64,000 bases of DNA from Candidatus Eiseniibacteriota bacterium (GCA_963762255.1 CAVXKA010000001.1:1216001-1280000), one strand, 5' to 3'. Shown: positions 1-9,248, numbered from the stretch's first letter. Notes: generated by a model from the sequence alone, not told the origin. Translations and numbers: made by a program.

Positions 1-1128
1 CAGCACCTTGCCGCGCGCCGCCGGCAGCGCGGCCATGAGGCCGTAGATCGGGCTCAGCCCGCAGATGCGGCGCGGATCGTTGTCCTCCATCACCGAAGCA
101 TAGAACCCGGCGGCGTCCCCTTCGGCGACGAACTGCAGCGTGCGGCGATCTTCTCCTTCGAGGAAGCTCAGGCCCTCTGCGCTCAATACGCCGGGATCGC
201 CGAAGCGAGGCCCCACATGGGCGAGATCGGCCGCGGCCACGACGATCGCGCGCTCGCCGCGTTCGCGCAAGAGATCGCGCAGCCCGGCCAGGAACGGATC
301 GCTATCCGGCACGCGGTCCCTCATCGAGCCGCTGAGCACGGGCACGATGTTGATGGAACGGCCTCGGCGGCGCAGCGCGGCCAGGAAGAGCGCCTGAAAC
401 TCGATCGAGTGCTCCTTGCGATGGAAGAAGAGATCCTCGGCGGAGGCCCGACCCAATGCCGCGAGCTTGCGACACGCATCGACGTCCACCGGTACCGGGC
501 CGAGCGGGGTCTCGAACGGTTTCTCCATCACGATCCACACCGCCTTGGGGCAGGCGTGCGAGGTGCCGAGAACGATCACGGTCTCGACCGCGGGCGCCTC
601 GGCGAGCACCCGATAGGCGAGCGCGGTGCAAGGACCGCCCACGCGCAAGTCGATGTGCGGCGCCACCAGCCCGCGAAGCCGGCCTTGCGGCCGCGGCCCC
701 TCCGCCTCCAGCGTGGCGGCGTCGCTCTCGAAGTCCTCGACCGCTGCAAGCGCCTCGGCCTCGTCCTTCGGATACGAAACGCCGGCGTGAGCCGGGGCAC
801 GGTTGGGCAAGAGGCGGAACGCCTCGTGCATGCTCTCGCGATGCGCCGCGAACGTCTCCGTCTCCATCATGCCCGCCTGATCGAGGCGATTGACCAGGCT
901 TTGGATCGCTTCCGCGTTCGCCTCGGAGCCGTACCGCCGCTGAAAGGCCTGCTGGAGTTCCGCCAGGTCGTGCTCGCCGTCGCAGTGCGCGGCCACGAAG
1001 AGCGCGGCCTCGCTCAGCACCAGCTCTTCGTCGGTGTATCCCTCCGGATCGCGCAGGAGGAACGAGGCGCCGTCATCCTGGGGCACTTGCAGGACTTCGA
1101 GAGGCCGCAGCCGCGGCAGTCGGTCCAT
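1..1128 (-). CDS. amrB: AmmeMemoRadiSam system protein B (MEMO1 family), long form; 3' end runs off the window
   Basis: Not in the ORF track. Manual translation from ATG at 1128 gives MDRLPRLRPL..., with MEMO motifs VAPHIDLRVGG, EHSIEFQ, ADLAHVGPRFGD and RICGLSPIY. Confidence 0.85.
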   Translation of the reverse strand, partial: MDRLPRLRPLEVLQVPQDDGASFLLRDPEGYTDEELVLSEAALFVAAHCDGEHDLAELQQAFQRRYGSEANAEAIQSLVNRLDQAGMMETETFAAHRESMHEAFRLLPNRAPAHAGVSYPKDEAEALAAVEDFESDAATLEAEGPRPQGRLRGLVAPHIDLRVGGPCTALAYRVLAEAPAVETVIVLGTSHACPKAVWIVMEKPFETPLGPVPVDVDACRKLAALGRASAEDLFFHRKEHSIEFQALFLAALRRRGRSINIVPVLSGSMRDRVPDSDPFLAGLRDLLRERGERAIVVAAADLAHVGPRFGDPGVLSAEGLSFLEGEDRRTLQFVAEGDAAGFYASVMEDNDPRRICGLSPIYGLMAALPAARGKVL

Positions 1129-1132
1129 GCGA

Positions 1133-1954
1133 CTACATCCGCCGGCCGCGCAGCTCGCGGGCGAGGTCGATGAGGCGCGTGGACTCCGCGCTGCGCGCTC
1201 TCTGGGAGTGCCCGCCGAGGACCACGGTGATGAAGTCGCCGTGAGGGTCGGCGACCTGCTGCACCATGCAGTAGCCGGCCTCGTCGATGTAGCCGGTCTT
1301 GGCCGCCTCGACGTCGTCGCGCGCGCGCAGAAGCCGCGCGGAGTGGACGATGATGCGCGGGCCGCGCGGGGTGGTGAGTTCGAACTCGCTCGTGCCGAGG
1401 AACTCGCGCAAGAGCGGATCCCGCATCGCCGCGGTGAAGAGGGTCACCACCTCCCGGGCGGTGGAGACGTTGCGCTCGTCGAGGCCGGTCGGCTCCACGT
1501 AGCGGCTCTTCCTGCACTCCAGACGGGCGGCCGTCTCCTCCATGCGGTAGGCGAAGGCCTCGGTGGTGAGCCCGGTGGGGTGGACGAGTGCGCGCGCCGC
1601 GCAGTTGTCCGAGCAGACCAGCGCGAGCTTGAGCAGCGTGCGTACCGGCACCGTGTCGTCGACGCGCAACCTCGTGCGACCGGCGCCGACCCAGTCTTCT
1701 TCGGTGATGATGACCGGAGCGTCGAGATCGACGTGCAAGCGAAGCACGGTGAGCGCGGTCGTGATCTTGGTGAGGCTGGCGACGGGCACGACGTCGTCGA
1801 TGGCCTTCTCGTAGAGCCACTCGCGGGAGGCCGGGTCGAACACTCCCGCGTGCGGAATCTGTGTGGCGAACGCCGCGAGCGCCGGGGTCGCGACGATCGC
1901 GAGCGCGACCACGGCCAGCATCGCGGCGACGGGCCAAACCCTGCGGACGTGCAT
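1133..1954 (-). CDS. D-alanyl-D-alanine endo/carboxypeptidase (peptidase S11, PbpG-like)
   Basis: Signal peptide; SLTK, SDN and KTG penicillin-binding motifs. Start may be 1954 or 1993. Confidence 0.85.
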   Translation of the reverse strand: MHVRRVWPVAAMLAVVALAIVATPALAAFATQIPHAGVFDPASREWLYEKAIDDVVPVASLTKITTALTVLRLHVDLDAPVIITEEDWVGAGRTRLRVDDTVPVRTLLKLALVCSDNCAARALVHPTGLTTEAFAYRMEETAARLECRKSRYVEPTGLDERNVSTAREVVTLFTAAMRDPLLREFLGTSEFELTTPRGPRIIVHSARLLRARDDVEAAKTGYIDEAGYCMVQQVADPHGDFITVVLGGHSQRARSAESTRLIDLARELRGRRM

Positions 1955-2190
1955 AGGCCTCGATGGGGTGCGGGTGAAGAGCCGGAACGACACCAGGGCC
2001 GGCCCTCAAAGCGCCGGCTCACCTTCAAAGTACGGGCTTTCGCGTGTCGGGATCAACCGGAATCCCTGTCGGGGCGATTCCGCTGGGGCAGGATCCCCAA
2101 ATGCGGGGGGCGCGGCGAGGCCTCGCCGTCGCCCCCCCGAAGCCGCCGAGGCCCGGTGCCATTGCCCGAACGCCCCGCCGGAGCGAGACG

Positions 2191-2859
2191 TCATTTCGGG
2201 GCGGTCGCGCCTATGGCCGACTCATCCGGCGTCTGAACCTGCTCGAAGTGAGTGTCGTTGAGGCTGTCGCACAGGCTGAGGAGCAGCGCGCAGACTGCGA
2301 GAAGGGCGAGCGTGGTCAGGTCCGTCTTCCCCGTCCCCAGCAGTTTCGAGAGAAACGTCGTGACGAGCGGCGTGATCACGGTGCTGCAAAGAGCCCGACC
2401 CAACCGGGTGACGATCGACCCCACGCTGGCCGGAGTCAGGTCCCGCAGGCCGTCGTCCCGAACGAGGACCGCCCCGCTGGCGAGATCGCGGATCGTGCCC
2501 GCGTCGGGATCGACCGTCGCGCCGCCCAGGTACGCACCGGACTCGGTGACTAGGTGCGCCTCGGCGGTGCCGGCCGCGCCCTGGCCCATGATCGCGAGCA
2601 CCTTCCCCTGCGACGAGCGCGCCGCGAAGATGACGTGCACGGGCCCCTCGAAGCTCGCTCTGCCCTCGGTGACGGCGATCCTCATCGCATCCGTAGCCTG
2701 CGAGGCGCTCACGCCGGGTCCAAGCACGAACTCCGATTCCCCCGTGTAGAGGCGCTTCACGCCGCCCCACGTCGCGGCGGTCGGGGCCGCAACTGCGGGC
2801 ATGGCTCCGGCGGCGACGGCGATGATCATGATCCAGACGATGAACTTGCGATGACGCAT
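2191..2859 (-). CDS. Secreted hypothetical protein with an N-terminal TWGGVKRLY motif and Cys-containing hydrophobic C-terminal helices
   Basis: 222-aa ORF with a clear signal peptide (MRHRKFIVWIMIIAVAAGAMPAVAA). Confidence 0.7.
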   Translation of the reverse strand: MRHRKFIVWIMIIAVAAGAMPAVAAPTAATWGGVKRLYTGESEFVLGPGVSASQATDAMRIAVTEGRASFEGPVHVIFAARSSQGKVLAIMGQGAAGTAEAHLVTESGAYLGGATVDPDAGTIRDLASGAVLVRDDGLRDLTPASVGSIVTRLGRALCSTVITPLVTTFLSKLLGTGKTDLTTLALLAVCALLLSLCDSLNDTHFEQVQTPDESAIGATAPK

Positions 2860-3042
2860 GGAACCAGTTCCTTCCGGTCACGGGGATTTGGCGGCGACGG
2901 GCCTGCCTTGGTGTGCATGAACAGTGCCGCGCCGCGAAGCCTGTCGCCCGTCGTGGCCACCAACCGACGCAGGTCCGTCATTCACCGCCGGGACCTCGAC
3001 GGGGTCTTGCGCATCCGGCCCATGGTGGTGTGTGATTGCCGC

Positions 3043-4083
3043 ATGGTGCGCCGCGTGGTGATCCCCCGAAACGGCGATGTGAACGTGCTCGAAGTGCGCG
3101 AGGGTCCTCCCGACGCGCTTGCCCCGGGCACGGTGCGCATTCGCGTCGGCGCCGCCGGCGTGAACTTCGCCGATCTGCTCATGCGCATGGGGCTCTATCC
3201 GGAAGCGCCCTCGAAGCCCTTCGTGCCCGGCTACGAAGTGGCGGGCACGATCACGGAGGCTTCGGCGGAGGCCGCGCGGGCGCGACCCGACCTTGCGGTG
3301 GGCACGCGCGTGGTCGCGGGGACGCGCTTCGGCGGCTACGCCGACGAGGTCGTGGTCCCGGTGGCCAAGGCGTTCCCGCTCCCGGACGGTTGGTCGTTCG
3401 AAGAAGGGGCGGGCTTTCCGGTCGTGTTCATCACCGCGTGGTCGGCGCTCTGCGCGATGGCCCGCGTGAAGGCTGGCGACCGCGTGCTCGTGCATGGCAT
3501 CGCGGGCGGGGTCGGATCGGCCGCGCTTCAGATCGCGCTGGCGGCGGGAGCGCGGGTGGCCGGCACCTGCGGCGGCCCGGCAAAGGTCGAAGCCGCACGG
3601 CGGCGGGGCGCCGAGCGTGCCATCGACTACCGCGCGGAAGACGTGGCGGCAGCGGTGCGCGCGTGGGCCCCCGAGGGCGCGGACGTCATCCTCGAGTCGC
3701 GCGGCGGCCGCGCCATGCACGAGAGCCTGCGCCTCTTGCGCCCCACCGGTCGGCTCGTACTCTACGGCGTGAGCGAGATGGCGCCGGGCAGCAAGCGCAA
3801 CCTGCTGGCCGGCGCGCGGGCGGCGCTGCCGCTCCTGCACCTGAACCCGCTCAAGCTCGTGAACGAGAACCTCGGTGTGTTCGGCCTCAACGTCTTGAAG
3901 CTCTGGTCGCACGACGACGTTCTCGGAGAGGCGCTGCGGGATCTGGCGGACGGCGCCCGCCGAGGCCTCTACCGCACGGTCCTCGACCGGAGCTTTCCGC
4001 TCGAGCGCGCGGGCGAGGCCCATCGCTACCTGCACGAGCGGCGCAACATCGGAAAGGTTGTGCTCACCACCGGCGCCGGCTAG
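3043..4083 (+). CDS. NADPH:quinone oxidoreductase, VAT-1-like MDR family
   Basis: GVNFAD, PGYEVAG, HGIAGGVG and RNIGKVVL motifs; start set to ATG 3043. Confidence 0.85.
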   Translation: MVRRVVIPRNGDVNVLEVREGPPDALAPGTVRIRVGAAGVNFADLLMRMGLYPEAPSKPFVPGYEVAGTITEASAEAARARPDLAVGTRVVAGTRFGGYADEVVVPVAKAFPLPDGWSFEEGAGFPVVFITAWSALCAMARVKAGDRVLVHGIAGGVGSAALQIALAAGARVAGTCGGPAKVEAARRRGAERAIDYRAEDVAAAVRAWAPEGADVILESRGGRAMHESLRLLRPTGRLVLYGVSEMAPGSKRNLLAGARAALPLLHLNPLKLVNENLGVFGLNVLKLWSHDDVLGEALRDLADGARRGLYRTVLDRSFPLERAGEAHRYLHERRNIGKVVLTTGAG

Positions 4084-4160
4084 ACGAGCGCGCACGGGTT
4101 CTGCGGCTGGCCCTCGGTGCGGCCCCGCGTTATCATCCCGCGCGGAGGGCACCCAGCTTC

Positions 4161-5468
4161 ATGCACAAGAACTACATCCTCGACACGAACGTTCTCCTCC
4201 ACGACCCCGACTCCGTTCACTCCTTCCAGGACAACACCGTGATCGTGCCGATCTACGTGATCGGCGAGATCGATCACTTCAAGAAGGAGGCTTCAGAGCT
4301 GGGGCGGAACGCGCGCGAGGTGGCGCGCATCCTCGACGGGTACCGCGAACGCGGCAAGCTCTCCGACGGAGTGACCCTCGACGGCGGCGGCATCCTCAAG
4401 GTGGCCATTCACCAGGACTATTCGCTGGACACGCTCAACGGACGGCCGGGACTGGTGGACAACGCGCTCCTGGCGCTGGCGGTGGGGCTCAAGAAGGACG
4501 ATCCGGACACGCCGGTCATCCTGGTGACCAAGGACACCAACCTGCGCATCAAGGCCGACGCGCTCTCCATCCGCGCCGAGGACTACGAGACCGGGCGCGT
4601 GAACCTGAATGAACTCTATCGCGGAGCGGTGGAGATGCTCCTCGACCGCAAGTCCGTCGAGGCGCTGCGCGACGGCGAGACCCTGAACGTGGTGCCCGAC
4701 GGGTGCTACCCCAACGAGTACGCGTGGGTGCGCACCGACGGAGAGCACGCGCTCTCCGTGCTGGCGCGGGTGAGCGCGGATTGCCGGCGGCTGCAGCCGC
4801 TGCATCTCCCCGATCGGCCGCCGCTCGGTCTCAAGCCCAAGAACCGCGAGCAGCACTTCGCGATGGACGCGCTGCTCGACCCGGAACTGAAGCTCGTCAC
4901 GCTCATGGGCAAGGCGGGCACGGGGAAGACGCTTCTGGCCATCGCGGCGGGTCTGCATCAGGTGGAGGAGTTGGGCGTCTACGCGCGGCTTCTCGTGTCG
5001 AGGCCGATCTTCCCGATGGGGCGCGACCTCGGCTATCTCCCCGGCGAGATCGAGGAGAAGCTCAACCCGTGGATGCAGCCCATCTACGACAACATGGAGT
5101 TTCTGCTGGAGCGCCAGCGCTCGCGCAAGAGCTTCAGCATCGCCAAACTCATGCAGGCGGGCACCCTCGGCATCGAGCCGATCACCTACATCCGCGGCCG
5201 CAGCATCCCGGGGCAGTTCCTGCTGGTGGACGAGGCGCAGAACCTGACGCCGCTCGAGGTGAAGACGGTGGTCACTCGCGTGGGCGAGGGGACGAAGATC
5301 GTGCTCACCGGCGATCCGTATCAGATCGACAATCCGTACGTGGACGGATCGTCCAACGGGTTCAACTACGTCGTGCAGCGGTTTCGCATGGAGCCGATCG
5401 CCGCGCACGTGGAGTTGATCAAGGGGGAGCGGAGCGAGCTCGCCGAGCGCGCGTCGGATATTCTCTAG
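4161..5468 (+). CDS. PIN-PhoH (PhoH2/YlaK-type) ATPase
   Basis: N-terminal PIN domain (YILDTNVLLHD), Walker A GKAGTGKT, RGRS, DEAQN and GDPYQID. Confidence 0.92.
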   Translation: MHKNYILDTNVLLHDPDSVHSFQDNTVIVPIYVIGEIDHFKKEASELGRNAREVARILDGYRERGKLSDGVTLDGGGILKVAIHQDYSLDTLNGRPGLVDNALLALAVGLKKDDPDTPVILVTKDTNLRIKADALSIRAEDYETGRVNLNELYRGAVEMLLDRKSVEALRDGETLNVVPDGCYPNEYAWVRTDGEHALSVLARVSADCRRLQPLHLPDRPPLGLKPKNREQHFAMDALLDPELKLVTLMGKAGTGKTLLAIAAGLHQVEELGVYARLLVSRPIFPMGRDLGYLPGEIEEKLNPWMQPIYDNMEFLLERQRSRKSFSIAKLMQAGTLGIEPITYIRGRSIPGQFLLVDEAQNLTPLEVKTVVTRVGEGTKIVLTGDPYQIDNPYVDGSSNGFNYVVQRFRMEPIAAHVELIKGERSELAERASDIL

Positions 5469-5556
5469 CAGATCGTGCGGGCGGTAGCGGGCCGGCCGCG
5501 GTTCGATAGGCAGCACCCTCATCGCCCGCTGCGGCCGCCAGGCCGAGGAGACGTCC

Positions 5557-6831
5557 GTGCCGGCAGTCGGGGACAAAGCACGTCGGATAGCCGCCGCCGC
5601 GGCCGTGCTCTTCCTGCTGACCTTTGCGATTCGCTACTACCACACCTTCCACCGGCCTCACGACTACGACCGGGTACCTGTGGCGGTGGACAACTGGGCG
5701 GCTATCGCGCAGTCCCTGGTCGAGGGTCATGGCTACGCCGTGCGATCCAACCTCACCGGCGAGATGATCCCGGTGGCCTACCGACCCCCGCTCTATCCGC
5801 TCTTCCTCGCCGGAGTGTTCCGTGTCGCCGGCGTTTCCGAGCACGCGGGTCTCCTGGCCGGCCTCGCGCTGGATGGGCTGGTGGCTGTGGTTATTCTCCT
5901 CGTGGGGTGGCTCGCCTCGGGACGGATCTGGACCGGGATCCTGGCAGGCCTCTTCTACACCTTCCACTTTCCGGAATGGAACGACGTGGTCCGGCTGCTT
6001 GGCACCCCCATCTACACGCTTCTGGTCGGCGTGCTCCTGCTCGTTCTCTGGGGAACACTCGTACGCCCCTCCGCGCGCCGGTTCGCCGCCACCGGGCTTG
6101 TTACCGGGCTGATCGGACTTGCCCGCCCCACCGGGCCCTTCATACTGCTCGTGGTTCTCGCGTGGCTCTGGTTCGCGATCCCCGTCAGTCGCGGACAGCG
6201 GCTCCGATGGCTGGGGGGGACGCTGCTGTGTTTCCTCCTGGTTCTGTCGCCGTGGGTGGTGCGCAACTACGCCGTCTTCGGGAAGCTCGTGCTCTCCGAC
6301 ACCAACGGGGGGATCAACCTCTACTTGAGCACCCTGGGGGCCACGCCCTACCAGCCCCGTAGCGTCTACCCGGCCGAGTTGCAGGCGCGCCTGGCTAACG
6401 TCAACGAGTTTGAAGCGGATCGCATCCAGCGGGAGGAGGCCATCCGCAACATCCTTGCCGATCCGGCGTCGTATGCACGGCTGTGCGCTAAGCGTCTTAT
6501 CATGTTCTTCTTCCGCCTGCGCTCCCCCGAGTCGGACTGGATACCCACGCCGAAGTCGGTCCTCATGGGAGGCCCCTTCTATCTGCTGGCGTTCCTCGGG
6601 TGGTGGCGGACGAAGGGACGGCAGCGGACGTTCGCCACCTTCCTTGCGTTGTTCGTGCTCTACACCGCTCTCCTGCATGTGCCGATCATGGCGCAGCCTC
6701 GGCTCTTCTTTCCCGTGCTCCCCTGTCTCGCACCTCTGGCCGCGATGGGGGTTCAGGTCCTCCTGCGTTTTTTCCGCCGCCCCGCGAACGACGGCTCGGG
6801 CTTGAGGTTGAGTCTCACCGGTTCCTGCTGA
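5557..6831 (+). CDS. GT-C (ArnT/GT39-like) integral membrane glycosyltransferase
   Basis: Multi-TM protein with YRPPLYPLFLA, LARP, PWVVRNY..FG and TNGGINLY motifs. Confidence 0.75.
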   Translation: MPAVGDKARRIAAAAAVLFLLTFAIRYYHTFHRPHDYDRVPVAVDNWAAIAQSLVEGHGYAVRSNLTGEMIPVAYRPPLYPLFLAGVFRVAGVSEHAGLLAGLALDGLVAVVILLVGWLASGRIWTGILAGLFYTFHFPEWNDVVRLLGTPIYTLLVGVLLLVLWGTLVRPSARRFAATGLVTGLIGLARPTGPFILLVVLAWLWFAIPVSRGQRLRWLGGTLLCFLLVLSPWVVRNYAVFGKLVLSDTNGGINLYLSTLGATPYQPRSVYPAELQARLANVNEFEADRIQREEAIRNILADPASYARLCAKRLIMFFFRLRSPESDWIPTPKSVLMGGPFYLLAFLGWWRTKGRQRTFATFLALFVLYTALLHVPIMAQPRLFFPVLPCLAPLAAMGVQVLLRFFRRPANDGSGLRLSLTGSC

Positions 6832-6861
6832 CGATCGAATCGCCCGATTCCCTCTGCACCG

Positions 6862-6902
6862 TTTCCCCCGGTTATCCACAGGCTTTTCCACCGTGTGGAA
6901 AA
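6862..6902. promoter_or_regulatory. DnaA-box cluster
   Basis: Perfect TTATCCACA at 6872-6880, TTTTCCACC at 6884-6892, inverted TGTGGAAAA at 6894-6902, degenerate TTTCCCCCG at 6862-6870. Confidence 0.7.
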
Positions 6903-7035
6903 CCCACAATCCGCACTCCTCGACGACGATGCGCGATCGGCTTCGCACCGTGCGGCAACCGGCGCGCATTCCCCGAAGAAAGGGCGAGGGTTGAGCTGCG
7001 CGTAGCGCGAATCACGGCACTTTGGATGAATTTCT

Positions 7036-7064
7036 TTGACGCGATTTCGGGCGCGCACTAGGTT
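7036..7064 (+). promoter_or_regulatory. Putative sigma70 promoter of the ncRNA candidate
   Basis: TTGACG-N17-TAGGTT with an AT-richer tract upstream; no CDS follows on this strand. Confidence 0.55.
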
Positions 7065-7069
7065 GCGAG

Positions 7070-7285
7070 TGAGGGTCGTGGTCGACCTGTCCGACGCCGA
7101 CACTCGGTGGGCAGGACCGGCCGAGACGCACAGCCCTCGTTTGTTTGTGCCGCCTCCCGGTGGCGCAAGATGCCCTCCGCCGGGCGTCCGGTCTTCGGGC
7201 GCTCAGACGCGTGGAGTCGTGAGGCCGTCTCCCTGGCGGTCCGGCTCTCCCACCGCGCGGCGGCGGCGACGAGCCGCCGATCTCA
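7070..7285 (+). ncRNA. Candidate structured ncRNA, family unknown (long nested rod with apical hairpins)
   Basis: Nested pairs TGAGGGTCG/CGATCTCA, CGCCG/CGGCG, CGGTGGG/CCCACCG, GGACCG/CGGTCC, GAGACG/CGTCTC. G-U wobbles favour the + strand. Flanked by a promoter and a terminator. Confidence 0.6.
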
Positions 7286-7315
7286 GGTGCCCCCCCACTC
7301 GGGGCACCCCTTTAT
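7286..7315 (+). terminator. Intrinsic terminator-like hairpin
   Basis: GGTGCCCC-loop-GGGGCACC followed by CCTTTAT. Confidence 0.6.
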
Positions 7316-7317
7316 GG

Positions 7318-7857
7318 TCAGCGAGGCAGCGCGTCGTCGGGGATGTCTCGCAAGCGCGGGTTGCCGCAATCGCGCGGCGAGAGGATCGGCGAGTCCGTGC
7401 CCCACGGCATCGCGATGTCGGGATCGTCCCACGCAACGCCGTACTCGTCGCTACCGTCGAAGTAGCTGTCGACCACATAGGTGAGAACGGCGTCGGTGAG
7501 AGCCAGGAATCCGTGCGCCACGCCCTCGGGGATGTACACGCCTACCGGGTTGTCCTCGCCGATCTCCATCGTCTCCCTGGCGCGGTAGGTGGGGGAGCCG
7601 CGGCGCAGGTCGAAGAGCCCCACCTGCATGCGGCCGGCGAAAGGGACCCAGTAGTCGATCTGGCGTCGGTGGAAGTGGAGCCCGCGCAGCACGCCGGCCC
7701 GCGAGTCGGATCGGTTGCCCTGCACTTGGCCCCAGGTGCGCTCGGGGAACCACTCGCGGCGGAACGTCTCGAGGAATTGCCCGCGCTCGTCGGAGAAGCT
7801 CTCCAGGTGCACGAACTTCACCCCGACGATGAGACTGGATTCGCGGATTTCCGGCAT
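7318..7857 (-). CDS. rfbC: dTDP-4-dehydrorhamnose 3,5-epimerase
   Basis: DERGQFLE, GVLRGLHF, DLRRGSPT, IPEGVAHGF and WDDPDIAMPW motifs. Confidence 0.92.
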   Translation of the reverse strand: MPEIRESSLIVGVKFVHLESFSDERGQFLETFRREWFPERTWGQVQGNRSDSRAGVLRGLHFHRRQIDYWVPFAGRMQVGLFDLRRGSPTYRARETMEIGEDNPVGVYIPEGVAHGFLALTDAVLTYVVDSYFDGSDEYGVAWDDPDIAMPWGTDSPILSPRDCGNPRLRDIPDDALPR

Positions 7858-7964
7858 CGGATCCTCTGCGCGGCTGGTGCGGCGCCCGACGAAATGGAGG
7901 ATGGATGATTCTTGAACGAGAGAACGGGTAATATATCACACGGTTTCGCGGAAGGAGGCCGGTG

Positions 7965-8282
7965 ATGGGCAGGTGGATCGAGGTCGCTCGCGACGGCGAG
8001 TTGGCCCCGGGCGAATACAAGCTGGTGGAGGCGGGGGACTTGGAACTCGCGCTCTTCAACGTCGACGGCGGCTACTGTTGCATCGAGGACCTGTGTACCC
8101 ACGACGGCGGGAACCTCGTCGAGGGGGATTTCGACGGCCGTGTGGTGACCTGCCCGCGGCACGGCGCGAAGTTCGACGTGTGCACCGGCGAGGCGCTATG
8201 CCTACCCGCGGTCGCTTCCACCCCCGCGCACGCGGTGCGGGTGCGGGACGGCGCGGTCGAAGTGGAAGTGGAGGACGAATGA
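7965..8282 (+). CDS. Rieske [2Fe-2S] ferredoxin
   Basis: CTH...CPRH ligands; RBS AGGAGG. Confidence 0.92.
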   Translation: MGRWIEVARDGELAPGEYKLVEAGDLELALFNVDGGYCCIEDLCTHDGGNLVEGDFDGRVVTCPRHGAKFDVCTGEALCLPAVASTPAHAVRVRDGAVEVEVEDE

Positions 8283-9175
8283 TCGCGGGACGCAAGACGC
8301 GCCAGGTCGCGCTGCTCAAGGTGCTGGCTGCCGCCTCGTGGGCGGACGGCCGGCTCGACAACGAGGAGATGAACCGCATCAAGGAGCTCATCCTCGCCTA
8401 CGGGCTGGACGCGGCGGATGTGCGCGATGTGTACGCGCTGCTCGACGCCCCGGTCTCCTATTCGCGCTGCGAGGAACTCACCCGCGAACTCCTGAGCATG
8501 CTGGCCACGCGCGGCGAGCGCGAGGAGGTGCTGCGCGAGATCGAGACCCTCTTCCGCGCCGACACGGACTTGGCTGAAGGGGAGCGCGAGATGCTCGCCG
8601 GGCTTCGCGGGATCATGGATGCCATGGACTCCGTCGACCATTTCGTCTCGCGGATCGGCGGCGTGTTCAAGCGCGTGTTCGCCGCGCGCGACGCGAGCCG
8701 GGATCCCGGCCAGCTCACGAAGTATCTGAAGAACTCCGTGCTGCAGCGTCTGCACGACGTGTCGGGCGGCGACTGGCACACCGAGGCCGACGCCGCGACG
8801 CTGAACCGCTACACGCTCTTCGGCGCCGTACTGGGGAAGGTAGCCGACGTGGAGGGCGGCATCAGCGAGGTCGAGGTCGCACGCATTCGGGCGCTCCTCG
8901 AGGAGCGGTTCTCGATCCACGCGCCGCTTCTGGACTGGGTCGTGCAGTCGGTGCGCGAGGCGGCCTCCGCGCGGATGGACCGACAGGGTCTATTGAGCGA
9001 GTTCAACCGCATCGCGGACATGGATGCGCGGATGGAACTCCTGGACGCCGCATTTGCGGTGGCCGCCGTCGACGGGACCGTGAGCGCGGCGGAGCTGGAG
9101 GAGCTGCGGTTGCTCGCCAATTTTCTCTGGATCGACCCGCGCGACTACAACCGCGTCCGTCAACGCTGGGCCTAA
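8279..9175 (+). CDS. Tandem TerB-like domain protein
   Basis: Repeated TerB-like motifs (WADGRLDNEE; ADVEGGISEVE; AVDGTVSAAE); ATGA overlap with the Rieske gene. Confidence 0.8.
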   Translation: MIAGRKTRQVALLKVLAAASWADGRLDNEEMNRIKELILAYGLDAADVRDVYALLDAPVSYSRCEELTRELLSMLATRGEREEVLREIETLFRADTDLAEGEREMLAGLRGIMDAMDSVDHFVSRIGGVFKRVFAARDASRDPGQLTKYLKNSVLQRLHDVSGGDWHTEADAATLNRYTLFGAVLGKVADVEGGISEVEVARIRALLEERFSIHAPLLDWVVQSVREAASARMDRQGLLSEFNRIADMDARMELLDAAFAVAAVDGTVSAAELEELRLLANFLWIDPRDYNRVRQRWA

Positions 9176-9248
9176 CGGGCGCGCACGCCGCTTCGCGTCT
9201 CGCCCGTCGTCCTGTGTCGCTGGCGCACGAGAACGGGCGCGCGGTGCA

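Noticed and set aside
4161-5468. PIN-PhoH as a toxin-antitoxin module
   Set aside because: No small antitoxin ORF upstream; standalone PhoH2 genes are common.
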